64,000 nt of DNA from Ylistrum balloti (taxonomy: Eukaryota). The stretch covers positions 992,001 through 1,056,000 of the forward strand of contig NW_026782006.1 of assembly GCF_031769215.1 (NCBI RefSeq), given 5' to 3'. Positions 13,731 to 27,000 of the stretch are shown in pieces; the first letter of the stretch is position 1, and each line of letters starts with the position of its first letter. A program made the translations under genes and the position numbers. The notes under the pieces were generated by a model that was not told where the DNA came from, made no database searches, and worked only from the letters and a program-made list of their open reading frames with translations.

Positions 13731-14229
13731 ATACCTTCAAGTTTACAGTGGACACCCAAGAATACGAACAATATGCTTTGACGCATTGATAAACAGTCTC
13801 TTGACATTTGTAATCCAGCTTGAATCGCTATATTTTTAAAGCAAGACTTGCTCTCAACTTCTATTAACAGAAGTTCCCGATTTAAACTTGGGTATATTGA
13901 TAACGATTCATGTTAATGTTTTAATTATCCAATAAGCCATGTGTCCCGATAGTGATTATCTTATTGTGCTAGAAAAACAGATGTTATCATTTGTTAAACA
14001 CGATATATGGATCTGTTAAAATTAACGATATTATAGAAAATCAATATCGCCAAACTATATGTCAAACGTAATCATCATTATTATATAAAAATAAACATTA
14101 TTTCTGGTTTTTATATCAATGATGCTACCCTTCAGTTAACACTTCTTGGAATGATATATCTAGATATAATTTTATTAATGAGATCACTTAACAGAATTCT
14201 AGAGATCATGTAACAAAATGCAATTTCAG

Positions 14230-14880
14230 AGATCTTGTCACTAAATATAATTCTAGGGATCATGTCACTAAATGTAATTCTAGGTATCATGACACTAAAT
14301 GTTATTCTAGGGATCATGTCACTAAATATAGTTGTAGGGATCATGTCACTAAACATAATTCTAGAGATCATGTCACTAAATGTTATTCTACGGATCATGT
14401 CACTAAATGTAATTCTAGGTATCATGTCACTAAATGTTATTCAAGGGATCATGTCACTAAATATAATTATAGGGATCATGTCACTAAATATGATTGTAGG
14501 GATCATGTCACTAAATATAATTCTAGAGATAACGTCACTAAATGTTATTCTACGGATCATGTCACAAAATGTGATTCTAGGTATCATGTCACTAAGTGTA
14601 GTTCGACAGATGATATCATTTAACATAAATCTAGGGATGATACTGCAAAATGTAATGGTAGGGAGTAGTACACTCCAAATAATGCTAAAAGTGTTATGAT
14701 TAAATATTATTCTATGGATGGTTTCACCAAACATAACTCTAGGAATGATATCACTTCACAAATTACTCTAAGGAATGTGGCAATACATATCATTCTGAGG
14801 TGGTATCACTAAGTATTATTCAAGGAATGATATCTTGAAATATAATTCTAGGGATGGAATCATTTGATATAATTCTAGAG
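14230..14880. repeat. Degenerate 30-bp minisatellite (core TTCTAGGGATCATGTCACTAAA)
   Basis: Tandem copies that decay towards the right. Confidence 0.9.
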
Positions 14881-15091
14881 ATAGCCTCACACAATACAAC
14901 TCAAAAGATGGTATCACTCAATACATTGATGGCTGTTCATTAACCAATATCCACTTAAAGAAGTGTATCTGAAAGAAACAATTTTCAAAATGAAAATGAT
15001 TACTTTAATGACAAAGAGTTTGTCAGAAACATCATATCCCCAACACCTAATATGATCCTTGAGACAAAATGAGTTGAGAAGCTTACTTATT

Positions 15092-18000
15092 TTAACTGTC
15101 GCTATCAGAATTACAAACATCAGTTTCACGCTGACACCTGTCCTTCTTTCTAACCTTGACCACTGGTTCTGAGTCACCTTCTCTGCTGTGATCTTCAGGT
15201 GTGTTGTCTTTTTTCCGCCCTGTAACGTGAAGGGTCCCCCTATCACTGCTATCTCTGCTTAACCGCTTCCCCTGGTGTTTATCGACCTGGTGAATACGGC
15301 TTCTTCCTGTCAACAGAAACATTGTTGTGTGCTAAGCTTTTTACTATCTTATTTTTAACATCAGATTATTATTGTTACCGTGTGGAAAGATCACATGCAT
15401 GATTGGAAGACAAATATTATTATCAATACAGTGATTCGGTCCATCATGTTACTTTGTAACCTGTTACTAAGAAAGACATGTGACGTCATTGATAAAGGAA
15501 CTCATAACTAGACCAAAGACAGTTACTGTTTAAATGTGAAAGTAGTAAAACCACTGGACTCTCCCTCACTTTGGTTTCTCACAGCACTCATTAGTATGAC
15601 ATACTTTTCATAAGCCCTGAATCTTCTAGATAAAGAGTAGGTTCTGCCTTTGACTTAAGATATGTGTATTACATAATTTCTGGATAGAGCCTACCAGATT
15701 AGTATAAGGTAAACTTTTCTGTAGATATAGGTATTTAAATATTGCAATCAAGATATATCCACGGTTCCTACTGAAATCTCTATCAGCATCCATAATTGAT
15801 TAGTCTTCATTCCCGATGTTTGTAAAACAACTCAGACTCATCAGTATGGACAGATGTCTAGATATAAAACAACACTGACTTGTCAGTATGGACAGATGTC
15901 TAGATATAAAACAACACTGACTTGTCAGTATGGACAGATGTCTAGATATAAAACAACACTGACTTGTCAGTATGGACAGATGTCTAGATATAAAACAACA
16001 CTGACTTGTCAGTATGGACAGATGTCTAGATATAAAACAACACTGACTTGTCAGTATGGACAGATGTCTAGATATAAAACAACACTGACTTGTCGGTATG
16101 GACAGATGTCTAGATATAAAACAACACTGACTTGTCGGTATGGACAGATGTCTAGATATAAAACAACACTGACTTGTCAGTATGGACAGATGTCTAGATA
16201 TAAAACAACACAAAACAACACAGACTTGTCAGTATGGACAGATGTCTAGATATAAAACAACACTGACTTGTCAGTATGGACAGATGTCTAGATATAAAAC
16301 AACACTGACTTGTCAGTATGGACAGATGTCTAGATATAAAACAACACTGACTTGTCAGTATGGACAGATGTCTAGATATAAAACAACACTGACTTGTCAG
16401 TATGGACAGATGTCTAGATATAAAACAACACTGACTTGTCAGTATGGACAGATGTCTAGATATAAAACAACACTGACTTGTCAGTATGGACAGATGTCTA
16501 GATATAAAACAACACTGACTTGTCAGTATGGACAGATGTCTAGATATAAAACAACACTGACTTGTCAGTATGGACAGATGTCTAGATATAAAACAACACA
16601 GACTTGTCAGTATGGACAGATGTATAGATATAAAACAACACTGACTTGTCAGTATGGACAGATGTCTAGATATAAAACAACACGTGTCAGTGTAGACATA
16701 TGTCTAGATATAAAACAACACTGACTTGTCAGTATGGACAGATATATAGATATCACACTGACTTGTATGGACAGATGTCTAGATATAAAACAACACTGAC
16801 TTGTAGATATATAAAACAACACTGACTTGTCAGTATGGACAGATGTCTAGATATAAAACAACACTGACTTGTCAGTATGGACAGATGTCTAGATATAAAA
16901 CAACACTGACTTGTCTGTATGGACAGATGTCTAGATATAAAACAACACTGACTTGTCAGTATGGACAGATGTCTAGATATAAAACACACTAGATATAAAA
17001 CAACACTGACTTGTCAGTATGGACAGATGTCTAGATATAAAACAACACTGACTTGTCAGTATGGACAGATGTCTAGATATAAAACAACACTGACTTGTCA
17101 GTATGGACAGATGTCTAGATATAAAACAACACTGACTTGTCAGTATGGACAGACTAGATATAAAACAACACTGACTTGTCAGTATGGACAGATGTCTAGA
17201 TATAAAACAACACTGACTTGTCAGTATAGGACATGTATGGACAGATGTCTAGATATAAAACAACACTGACTTGTCGGTATGGACAGATGTCTAGATATAA
17301 AACAACACTGACTTGTCAGTATGGACAGATGTCTAGATATAAAACAACACTGACTTGTCAGTATGGACAGATGTCTAGATATAAAACAACACTGACTTGT
17401 CAGTATGGACAGATGTCTAGATATAAAACAACACTGACTTGTCAGTATGGACAGATGTCTAGATATAAAACAACACTGACTTGTCAGTATGGACAGATGT
17501 CTAGATATAAAACAACACTGACCTGTCATTATGGTCAGATGTCTAGATATAAAACAACACTGACTTGTCAGTATGGACAGATGTCTAGATATAAAAAAAA
17601 ACACTGACTTGTCAGTATGGACAGATGTTTAGATATAAAACAACACTGACTTGTCAGTATGGACAGATGTCTTGATATAAAACAACACAGACTTGTCAGT
17701 ATGGACAGATGTCTAGATATAAAACAACACTGACTTGTCAGTATGGACAGATGTCTAGATATAAAACAACACTGACTTGTCAGTATGGACAGATGTCTAG
17801 ATATAAAACAACACAGTATGGACAAATGTATAGATATAAAACAACACTGACTTGTCAGTATGGACAGATGTCTAGATATAAAACAACACTGACTTGTCAG
17901 TACGGACAGATGTCTAGATATAAAACAACACTGACTTGTCAGTATGGACAGATATATAGATATAAAACAACACTGACTTGTCAGTGTGGACAGATGTCTA

Positions 18001-21000
18001 GATATAAAACAACACTGACTTGTCAGTATGGACAGATGTCTAGATATAAAACAACACTGACTTGTCAGTATGGACAGATGTCTAGATATAAAACAACACT
18101 GACTTGTCAGTATGGACAGATGTCTAGATATAAAACAACACAGACTCATCAGTATGGACAGATATATAGATATAAAACAACACTGACTTGTCAGTATGGA
18201 CAGATGTCTAGATATAAAACAACACTGACTTGTCAGTATGGACAGATGTCTAGATATAAAACAACACTGACTTGTCAGTATGGACAGATGTCTAGATATA
18301 AAACAACACTGACTTGTCAGTATGGACAGATGTCTAGATATAAAACAACACTGACTTGTCAGTATGGACAGATGTCTAGATATAAAACAACACTGACTTG
18401 TCAGTATGGACAGATGTCTAGATATAAAACAACACTGACTTGTCAGTATGGACAGATGTCTAGATATAAAACAACACTGACAGTATGGACAGATGTCTAG
18501 ATATTGACTTGTCAGTATGGACAGATGTCTAGATATAAAACAACACTGACTTGTCGTATGGACAGATGTCTAGATATAAAACTAGATATAAAACAACACT
18601 GACTTGTCAGTATGGACAGATGTCTAGATATAAAACAAAAACACTGACTTGTCAGTATGGACAGTCTAGATATAAAAAAACACTGACTTGTCAGTATGGA
18701 CAGATGTCTAGATATAAAACAACACTGACTTGTCAGTATGGACAGATGTCTAGATATAAAACAACACTGACTTGTCAGTATGGACAGATGTCTAGATATA
18801 AAACAACACTGACTTATCAGTATGGACAGATGTCTAGATATAAAACACACTGACTGATCAGTATGGACAGATATATAGATATAAAACAACACTGACTTGT
18901 CAGTATGGACAGATGTCTAGATATAAAACAACACTGACTTGTCAGTATGGACAGATGTCTAGATATAAAACAACACTGACTTGTCAGTATGGACAGATGT
19001 CTAGATATAAAACAACACTGACTTGTCAGTATGGACAGATATATAGATATAAAACAACACTGACTTGTCAGTATGGACAGATGTCTAGATATAAAAAAAA
19101 ACACTGACTGATCAGTATGGACAGATGTCTAGATATAAAACAACACTGACTTGTCAGTATGGACAGATGTCTAGATATAAAACAACACTGACTTGTCGGT
19201 ATGGACAGATGTCTAGATATAAAACAACACTGAATTGTCAGTATGGATAGATGTCTAGATATAAAACAACACAGACGTGTCAGTATGGACATATGTCTAG
19301 ATATATGGACATATGTCTAGATATAAAACAACACTGACTTGTCAGTATGGACAGATGTCTAGATATAAAACAACACAGACTTGTCAGTATGGACAGATGT
19401 CTAGATATAAAACAACACTGACTTGTCAGTATGGACAGATGTCTAGATATAAAACAACACTGACTTGTCAGTATGGACAGATGTCTAGAACTTGTCAGTA
19501 TGGACAGATGATATATAGATATAAAACAACACTGACTTGTCAGTATGGACAGATGTCTAGATATAAAACAACACAGACTTTTCAGTATGGACAGATGTCT
19601 AGATATAAAACAACACTGACTTGTCAGTATGGACAGATGTCTAGATATAAAACAACACTGACTCATCAGTATGGACAGATGTCTAGATATAAAACAACAC
19701 AAACTCATCAGTATGGACAGATATATAGATATAAAACAACACTGACTTGTCAGTATGGACAGATGTATAGATATAAAACAACACTGACTTGTCAGTATGG
19801 ACAGATGTCTAGATATAAAACAACACTGACTTGTCAGTATGGACAGATGTCTAGATATAAAACAACACTGACTTGTCAGTATGGACAGATGTCTAGATAT
19901 AAAACAACACTGACTTGTCAGTATGGACAGATGTCTAGATATAAAACAACACTGACTTGTCAGTATGGACAGATGTCTAGATATAAAAAAAAACACTGAC
20001 TTGTCAGTATGGACAGATGTCTAGATATAAAACAACACTGACTTGTCAGTATGGACAGATATATAGATATAAAACAACACTGACTTGTCAGTATGGACAG
20101 ATATATAGATATAAAACAACACTGACTTGTCAGTATGGACAGATATATAGATATAAAACAACACTGACTTGTCAGTATGGACAGATGTCTAGATATAAAA
20201 CAACACTGACTTGTCAGTATATGGACAGATAGATATAAAACAACACTGACTTGTCAGTATGGACAGATGTCTAGATATAAAACAACACAGACTTGTCAGT
20301 ATGGACAGATATATAGATATAAAACAACACTGACTTGTCAGTATGGACTGATATATAGATATAAAACAACACTGACCTGTCAGTATGGACAGATATATAG
20401 ATATAAAACAACACTGACTTGTCAGTATGGACAGATATATAGATATAAAACAACACTGACTTGTCAGTATGGACAGATATATAGATATAAAACAACACAG
20501 ACTTGTCAGTATGGACAGATATATAGATATAAAACAACACTGACTTGTCAGTATGGACAGATATATAGATATAAAACAACACTGACTTGTCAGTATGGAC
20601 AGATGTCTAGATATAAAACAACACTGACTTGTCAGTATGGACAGATGTCTAGATATAAAACAACACAGTATGGACAGATGTCTAGATATAAAACAACACT
20701 GACTTGTCAGTATGGACAGATGTCTAGATATAAAACAACACTGACTTGTCAGTATGGACAGATGTCTAGATATAAAACAACACTGACTTGTCAGTATGGA
20801 CAGATATCTAGATATAAAACTACACTGACTTGTCAGTATGGACAGATGTCTAGATATAAAACAACACTGACTTGTCGGTATGGACAGATATATAGATATA
20901 AAACAACACTGACTTGTCAGTATGGACAGATGTCTAGATATAAAACAACACTGACTTGTCAGTATGGACAGATGTATAGATATAAAACAACACTGACTTG

Positions 21001-24000
21001 TCAGTATGGACAGATATATAGATATAAAACAACACTGACTTGTCAGTATGGACAGATGTCTAGATATAAAACAACACTGACTTGTCAGTATGGACAGATA
21101 TATAGATATAAAACAACACTGACTTGTCAGTATGGACAGATATATAGATATAAAACAACACAGACTTGTCAGTATGGACAGATATATAGATATAAAACAA
21201 CACAGACTTGTCAGTATGGACAGATATATAGATATAAAACAACACTGACTTGTCAGTATGGACAGATATATAGATATAAAACAACACTGACTTGTCAGTA
21301 TGGACAGATGTCTAGATATAAAACAACACTGACTTGTCAGTATGGACAGATTTATAGATATAAAACAACACTGACTTGTCAGTATGGACAGATGTCTAGT
21401 CTATTGATATAAAACAACACTGACTTGTCAGTATGGACAGATATATAGATATAAAACAACACTGACTTGTCAGTATGGACAGATGTCTAGATATAAAACA
21501 ACACTGACTTGTCAGTATGGACAGATGTCTAGATATAAAACAACACAAACTCATCAGTATGGACAGATGTCTAGATATAAAACAACACTGACTTGTCGGT
21601 ATGGACAGATGTCTAGATATAAAACAACACTGACTTGTCAGTATGGACAGATGTCTAGATATAAAACAACACTGACTTGTCGGTATGGACAGATATATAG
21701 ATATATAACAACACAAACTCATCAGTATGGACAAATGTATAGATATAAAACAACACTGACTTGTCGGTATGGACAGATGTCTAGATATAAAACAACACTG
21801 ACTTGTCAGTATGGACAGATGTCTAGAATCCGACCATTCCTTATGAACTTACGCTTGCTTGTACTGGCCATTATTTCTTCCATTGACATTTCCAGTGAAC
21901 TTGGTTTCCTTGAAAAGACATCTTCTGAAGACCCTGAAGTATTTGATGTTAGTCTAGGTCGTTCAAGAATCTCAAATGATTCTTGTCTGGACAAACGTCG
22001 AGAGCGTACACTTGCTCCACTGACGTATCCGGACTCCTGGCGTTCATATCTTTCTTTATTTCGGTAAACTGGAGTTGGGAAGTGCTGGGTGTCATCAATA
22101 GTCTTCCTTACATCTACTTGTAACTCCTTATTCTTTTTGGAATCAGAAGAGTACTGAGAACTGTCCGTCTCTTTTTCATTTGTCAGATCGTCACTGCTGT
22201 AACTCTCCTCTGCACTATCAAGCAAACTATCAGAATCTTCAGAACTCACGCTACAGTTGGATACAATAGTCGATGGTATACATTCAAATCTCTGTAAATG
22301 TAGAACATAAACATGCATTTTCGTAAGATCGTGCCATATGTGAATGAAATATATAAAATTCTAATTAAGTCTGTGAATTCCTATCATGTAAATGTATTTA
22401 TTCATTTGTTCTTTATTTTTCTTTCTAATCATTTAACGAGTTTCGTTTCAGTCCCGCAACATGAAAATGAAAAAAAACATAAGTCAACCTTCCTGATGTG
22501 TCTATGACCTACAACTATAGAAAGGTGTCGACTCTCCTGATGTGTTTATGACCTACAACTATAGGATGGTGTCGACTCTCCTGATGTCTCTGACCTACAA
22601 CTATAGGATGGTGTCGACTCTCCTGATGTGTCTATGACCTACAAATATATGATGGTGTCGACTCTCCTGATGTCTATGACCTACAACTATAGGATGGTGT
22701 CGACTCTCTTGATGTGTCTATGACCTACAACTGTATGATGGTGTCGACTCTTCTGATGTGTATGACCTACAACTATAGGATGGTGTCGACTCTCTTGATG
22801 TGTCTATGACCTACAACTACAGGATGGTGTCGACTCTCCTGATGTCTATGACCTACAACTATAGGATGGTGTCGACTCTGCTGATGTGTCTATGACCTAC
22901 AACTATAGGATGGTGTCGACTCTGCTGATGTGTCTATGACCTACAACTATAGGATGGTGTCGACTCTCCTGATGTCTATGACCTACAACTATAGGATGGT
23001 GTAAGCTCTCTTGATGTGTCTATGACCTACAAATATAGGATGGTGTCGACTCTGCTGATGTGTATGACCTACAACTATAGGATGGTGTAAGCTCTCTTGA
23101 TGTGTCTATGACCTACAACTATAGGATGGTGTAAGCTCTCTTGATGTGTCTACGACCTACAACTGTATGATGGTGTCGACTCTTCTGATGTGTATGACCT
23201 ACAACTATAGGATGGTGTCATCTCTCCTGATGTGTATATGACCTACAACTTTATGATGGTGTTGACCCTCCTAAAGTGTCTGACCTACAACTACAGGAAG
23301 GTGTCGACTCTCCTGATGTGTCTATGACCTACAACTATAGGATGGTGTCGACTCTCCTGATGTGTCTATGGCCTACAACTATAGAAAGGTGTCGACTTTC
23401 TTGATGTGTCTATGATCTACAACTGTAGGATGGTGTCGACTCTCCTGATGTCTATGACTTACAACTATAGGATGGTGTCGACTCTCCTGATGTCTATGAC
23501 CTACAACTATAGGATGGTGTCGACTCTCCTGATGTCTATGACTTACAACTATAGGATGGTGTCGACTCTCCTGATGTCTATGACCTACAACTATAGGATG
23601 GTGTCGACTCTCCTGATGTCTATGACCTACAACTATAGGATGGTGTCGACTCTCTTGAGGTGTCTATGACATACAACTACAGGATGGTGTCGACTCTCTT
23701 GATGTCTATGACCTACAACTGTAGGATTGAGTCGACTCTCTTGATGTGTCTATGACATACAACTATAGGATGGTGTCGACTCTCCTGATGTGTCTATGAC
23801 CTACAACTACAGGAAGGTGTCGAACTCTCTTGATGTGTCTATGACCTACAATTACAGGATGGTGTCGACTCTCCTGATGTGTCTATGACCTACAACTATA
23901 GGATTGAGTCGACTCTCTTGATGTGTCTACGACATACAACTACAGGATGGTGTCGACTATCCAGATGTTCCCGTGACGCCTTGGATGTTATATGTCTTCT

Positions 24001-27000
24001 TCTTACCGAATACTCCTGTTGTAACCGGGATTTCCTGTTTGCGTCTGTTCTTTTGACAGCTAGTAGGTGGAATCTCTTGATGTCAGGATATTCATCATGA
24101 TCTGTGGGCATCCCTCCTTCCATCATCTTTTCCATTGTTTTGTCATAGTAAGTGACAGATTGTTGAAGGAGGCTATAACCTTCAGCTGTTTAAGACACAA
24201 ATATTTTATAAAAAAGTTAAGACTTTGTGATATATGATCATTGGTCTGTGATCCATCACTAATTTAACATTACGTTCACTTTCAGAGATGATGTAGAACA
24301 ATTCAAACATTTGTTCCATATCATCTTTGATAGTGAACTTTAACTTTGCACAAAGTCACTGATATAGGCAACCTCTCTTATTGTTTTCATGTATCTGATC
24401 ACTTCAAAAGAGCATCAATATCAATCTGCATTGTCTACCGCATGTGATCTGGAAGACTTATAAAAGACACACAAGTGAATAACACTTTTTAATACAGATT
24501 TAGAACGAGATACATTAGAACCAAAGAAACTGCCATGATCTTCACTCATGCATAGAAACCAATATTTTACTTTCACAACAGTAATAACTATGGGCGTACA
24601 TAGATAACAAGAGTCCTAGTGGACTTGATGGTCTTATCAGATAAGCCCCGTCCTCGGGCCACTGTGGGGTTGGGAATGTATAATTCACATTTTCGCTCAT
24701 ATTAGGCCTGAGAAGGTTTCTGAAAAATTTCACTGAAACTGATCAGAGGTTTTTGAGAAAAATTCAAAAATTGTTTACGGACGCACGGTGCACAGCCCAC
24801 GATGCACGATGCCGGTCGAAAATGAGCCAATCAGGTCACAGCAGTCTCATTAAATATGTGCAGAATTTGCCGATAATCAATGGATAAAGGTAACAAGCGT
24901 AACAACCCAGTTCCATAAAAACAGTCCCTCAAAAGATATCATGCAGAAAGCAGTATCCGGACGGACGGTCGGATGGACGAAAGGGACCCATTTGAATACC
25001 CCCTCCATATTCGTCGGGCGGGGGATAAAAAGTACGATAACTTGAACTACATTCAATTTGACCGATTTTTGGCTCCGCCCATCAGCCCCTGGGGTCAACC
25101 GAGGTCAATATATGCTTCTCATCAAACTGTCAGTTTTTCTTATAATTCTAACCAAATTTGAACTATTTCTGAAAGAAAATAAAAAAAATGCTCAAAAATA
25201 AAATTTTCCTACATAAAATATTGTAAATTCTATCCCCTCCCCAAGTGGAAATTAGAGACCCTAGGATTATGAAATTTACTATTTTGGTAACGCACCGTAA
25301 GACACGTCCATGCATGAAGAGTATTTGGTTATATTTTTCTCTGGGTATTGAGAAGAAGATTTAAAAGAATTCAGTCAAATTGACCCGTTTTTGACCCCGC
25401 CAGTCAGCCGGGGTCACTATAAGCATTTTAAATTGCCATCTTACACTTATAATTCCTACTTAGTCTAAAATATTTCCAATAGAAAATAAACAAATTCAAA
25501 ATGTTCAAAAATATAATTTTCCTATATAAAATATATTAAATTTAACCCCTGTTTCAATCATTCCTACCCATTTTTTGCCCCGCCCCTCAGGCTCCTTGGG
25601 TTTGGGGACCATACCAATTAGAGTTTGGGAAGCCTTTAGCCATGGATGATTTTTGTTAAATTTCATTGAAATCGGTTCCGGCGTTTTCCAGAAGAAGTCC
25701 GAAATATTAAAAGTTTACGACGCACGTCGCCGGGATCGCAATAAGTCACCCTGAGATTTTGTCATATTATTGCATGGCGAGCTCTGGCCACCGGACAATA
25801 AAAATTTTCCACTTCTGTATAAGGTTTCTATCTTTTTACCATCAGATATTCGACCCCGTTATGTAAGGATTTCGGAATTAGAAAATTGATGCCTTAATCC
25901 AGTGCTCCCCATTTTGACCAGTATCAGCAACACTCTGAATTTCTCTGGTCAATTCCAGCGAGTTTGAAGAAGTAGACAACGTGTTAAGCCGACAAAACCA
26001 AATGGTCACATAACCTAACTATGGACACGAAACAAACCATTGATTAAGTGTAACATGAATACGAACCTATTTTATCGTCACGGATCCTCTGGTCTCCCCA
26101 GTTAAACAGGATACGGGCAATAAGGCTATAACTTAATGTCAAATACACATGGGGCTCCTTCAGAATCTTTTCTCGTACTTCAAGACTTTTTTTTGCATCA
26201 GCTTTTGCTTCCTCATACCTTTTTAATTGAAGGTACAAGATTGATCTGTTTCTCAAAGCTTCAGCATGATCGTCTGTGTTATCTGTGCCACGCCTTCTTC
26301 CCTCTGCTATTGCCCTGTCGAAATGTTCCAGAGTCTCGTTAATGTACTGATCACGTGATGAATCTTTTGAAGTATTATCCAATATTTCTTTTAACAAACA
26401 AACAGCGCGGTTGTTCCTGAACCGATCTACATCTGGATGCTCTTCTTCAGTAAAACGTCTCCATAGAGATGCCCTTTCTATTGCCTCTTCATGATACTTT
26501 CTGCATTTGTCATTGTCGTAGAGATAGAAATAACAACCAAGGTCATTAAAGACATTGGCAAGAATCATATTTAGATTTTCATTCCTCTCCATTACCTGTT
26601 GGAGTTCTTTGTCCTCTAAATACTTCTTTGCTCTGTCCAAGCTTTTTAAGATATCATGTCGTCTTTCAATTTTTCTGAAGTAAATAGCTTTCCTGTAGTA
26701 GTAGTTTCCTAGAGCTACTTTTATGGCGGTGTCGGATCTGCTGTTGGCCTCATCAAGTTTTTCTTCGGTAACATGTATAATGTCAGATATGCGTGTAGTA
26801 TCATCCATTTCAGTCAGCAACTGTATCATGTAGCCACGGAAAAAGAACAATTTATCGATTTCGTTATTTTGCTCCGCTTTGTGTGTTACCCACTCAAGCC
26901 ATCGCAGCTGTCTGTTTTGTGTAAGGGTACGTCTTCCTATCGCCAATATTCTGTTTGACGCTTGGATGTTTGACCGGCCAGTGTCATAATCATCTGTAAT

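Noticed and set aside
10845-21734. Long repetitive ORFs (up to 386 aa) as real proteins
   Set aside because: They are translations of minisatellites, open on both strands and in several frames, and most lie inside a well-supported intron or intergenic space.
15835-23960. CRISPR-like arrays
   Set aside because: Head-to-tail repeats without unique spacers, in a eukaryotic context with no cas genes.
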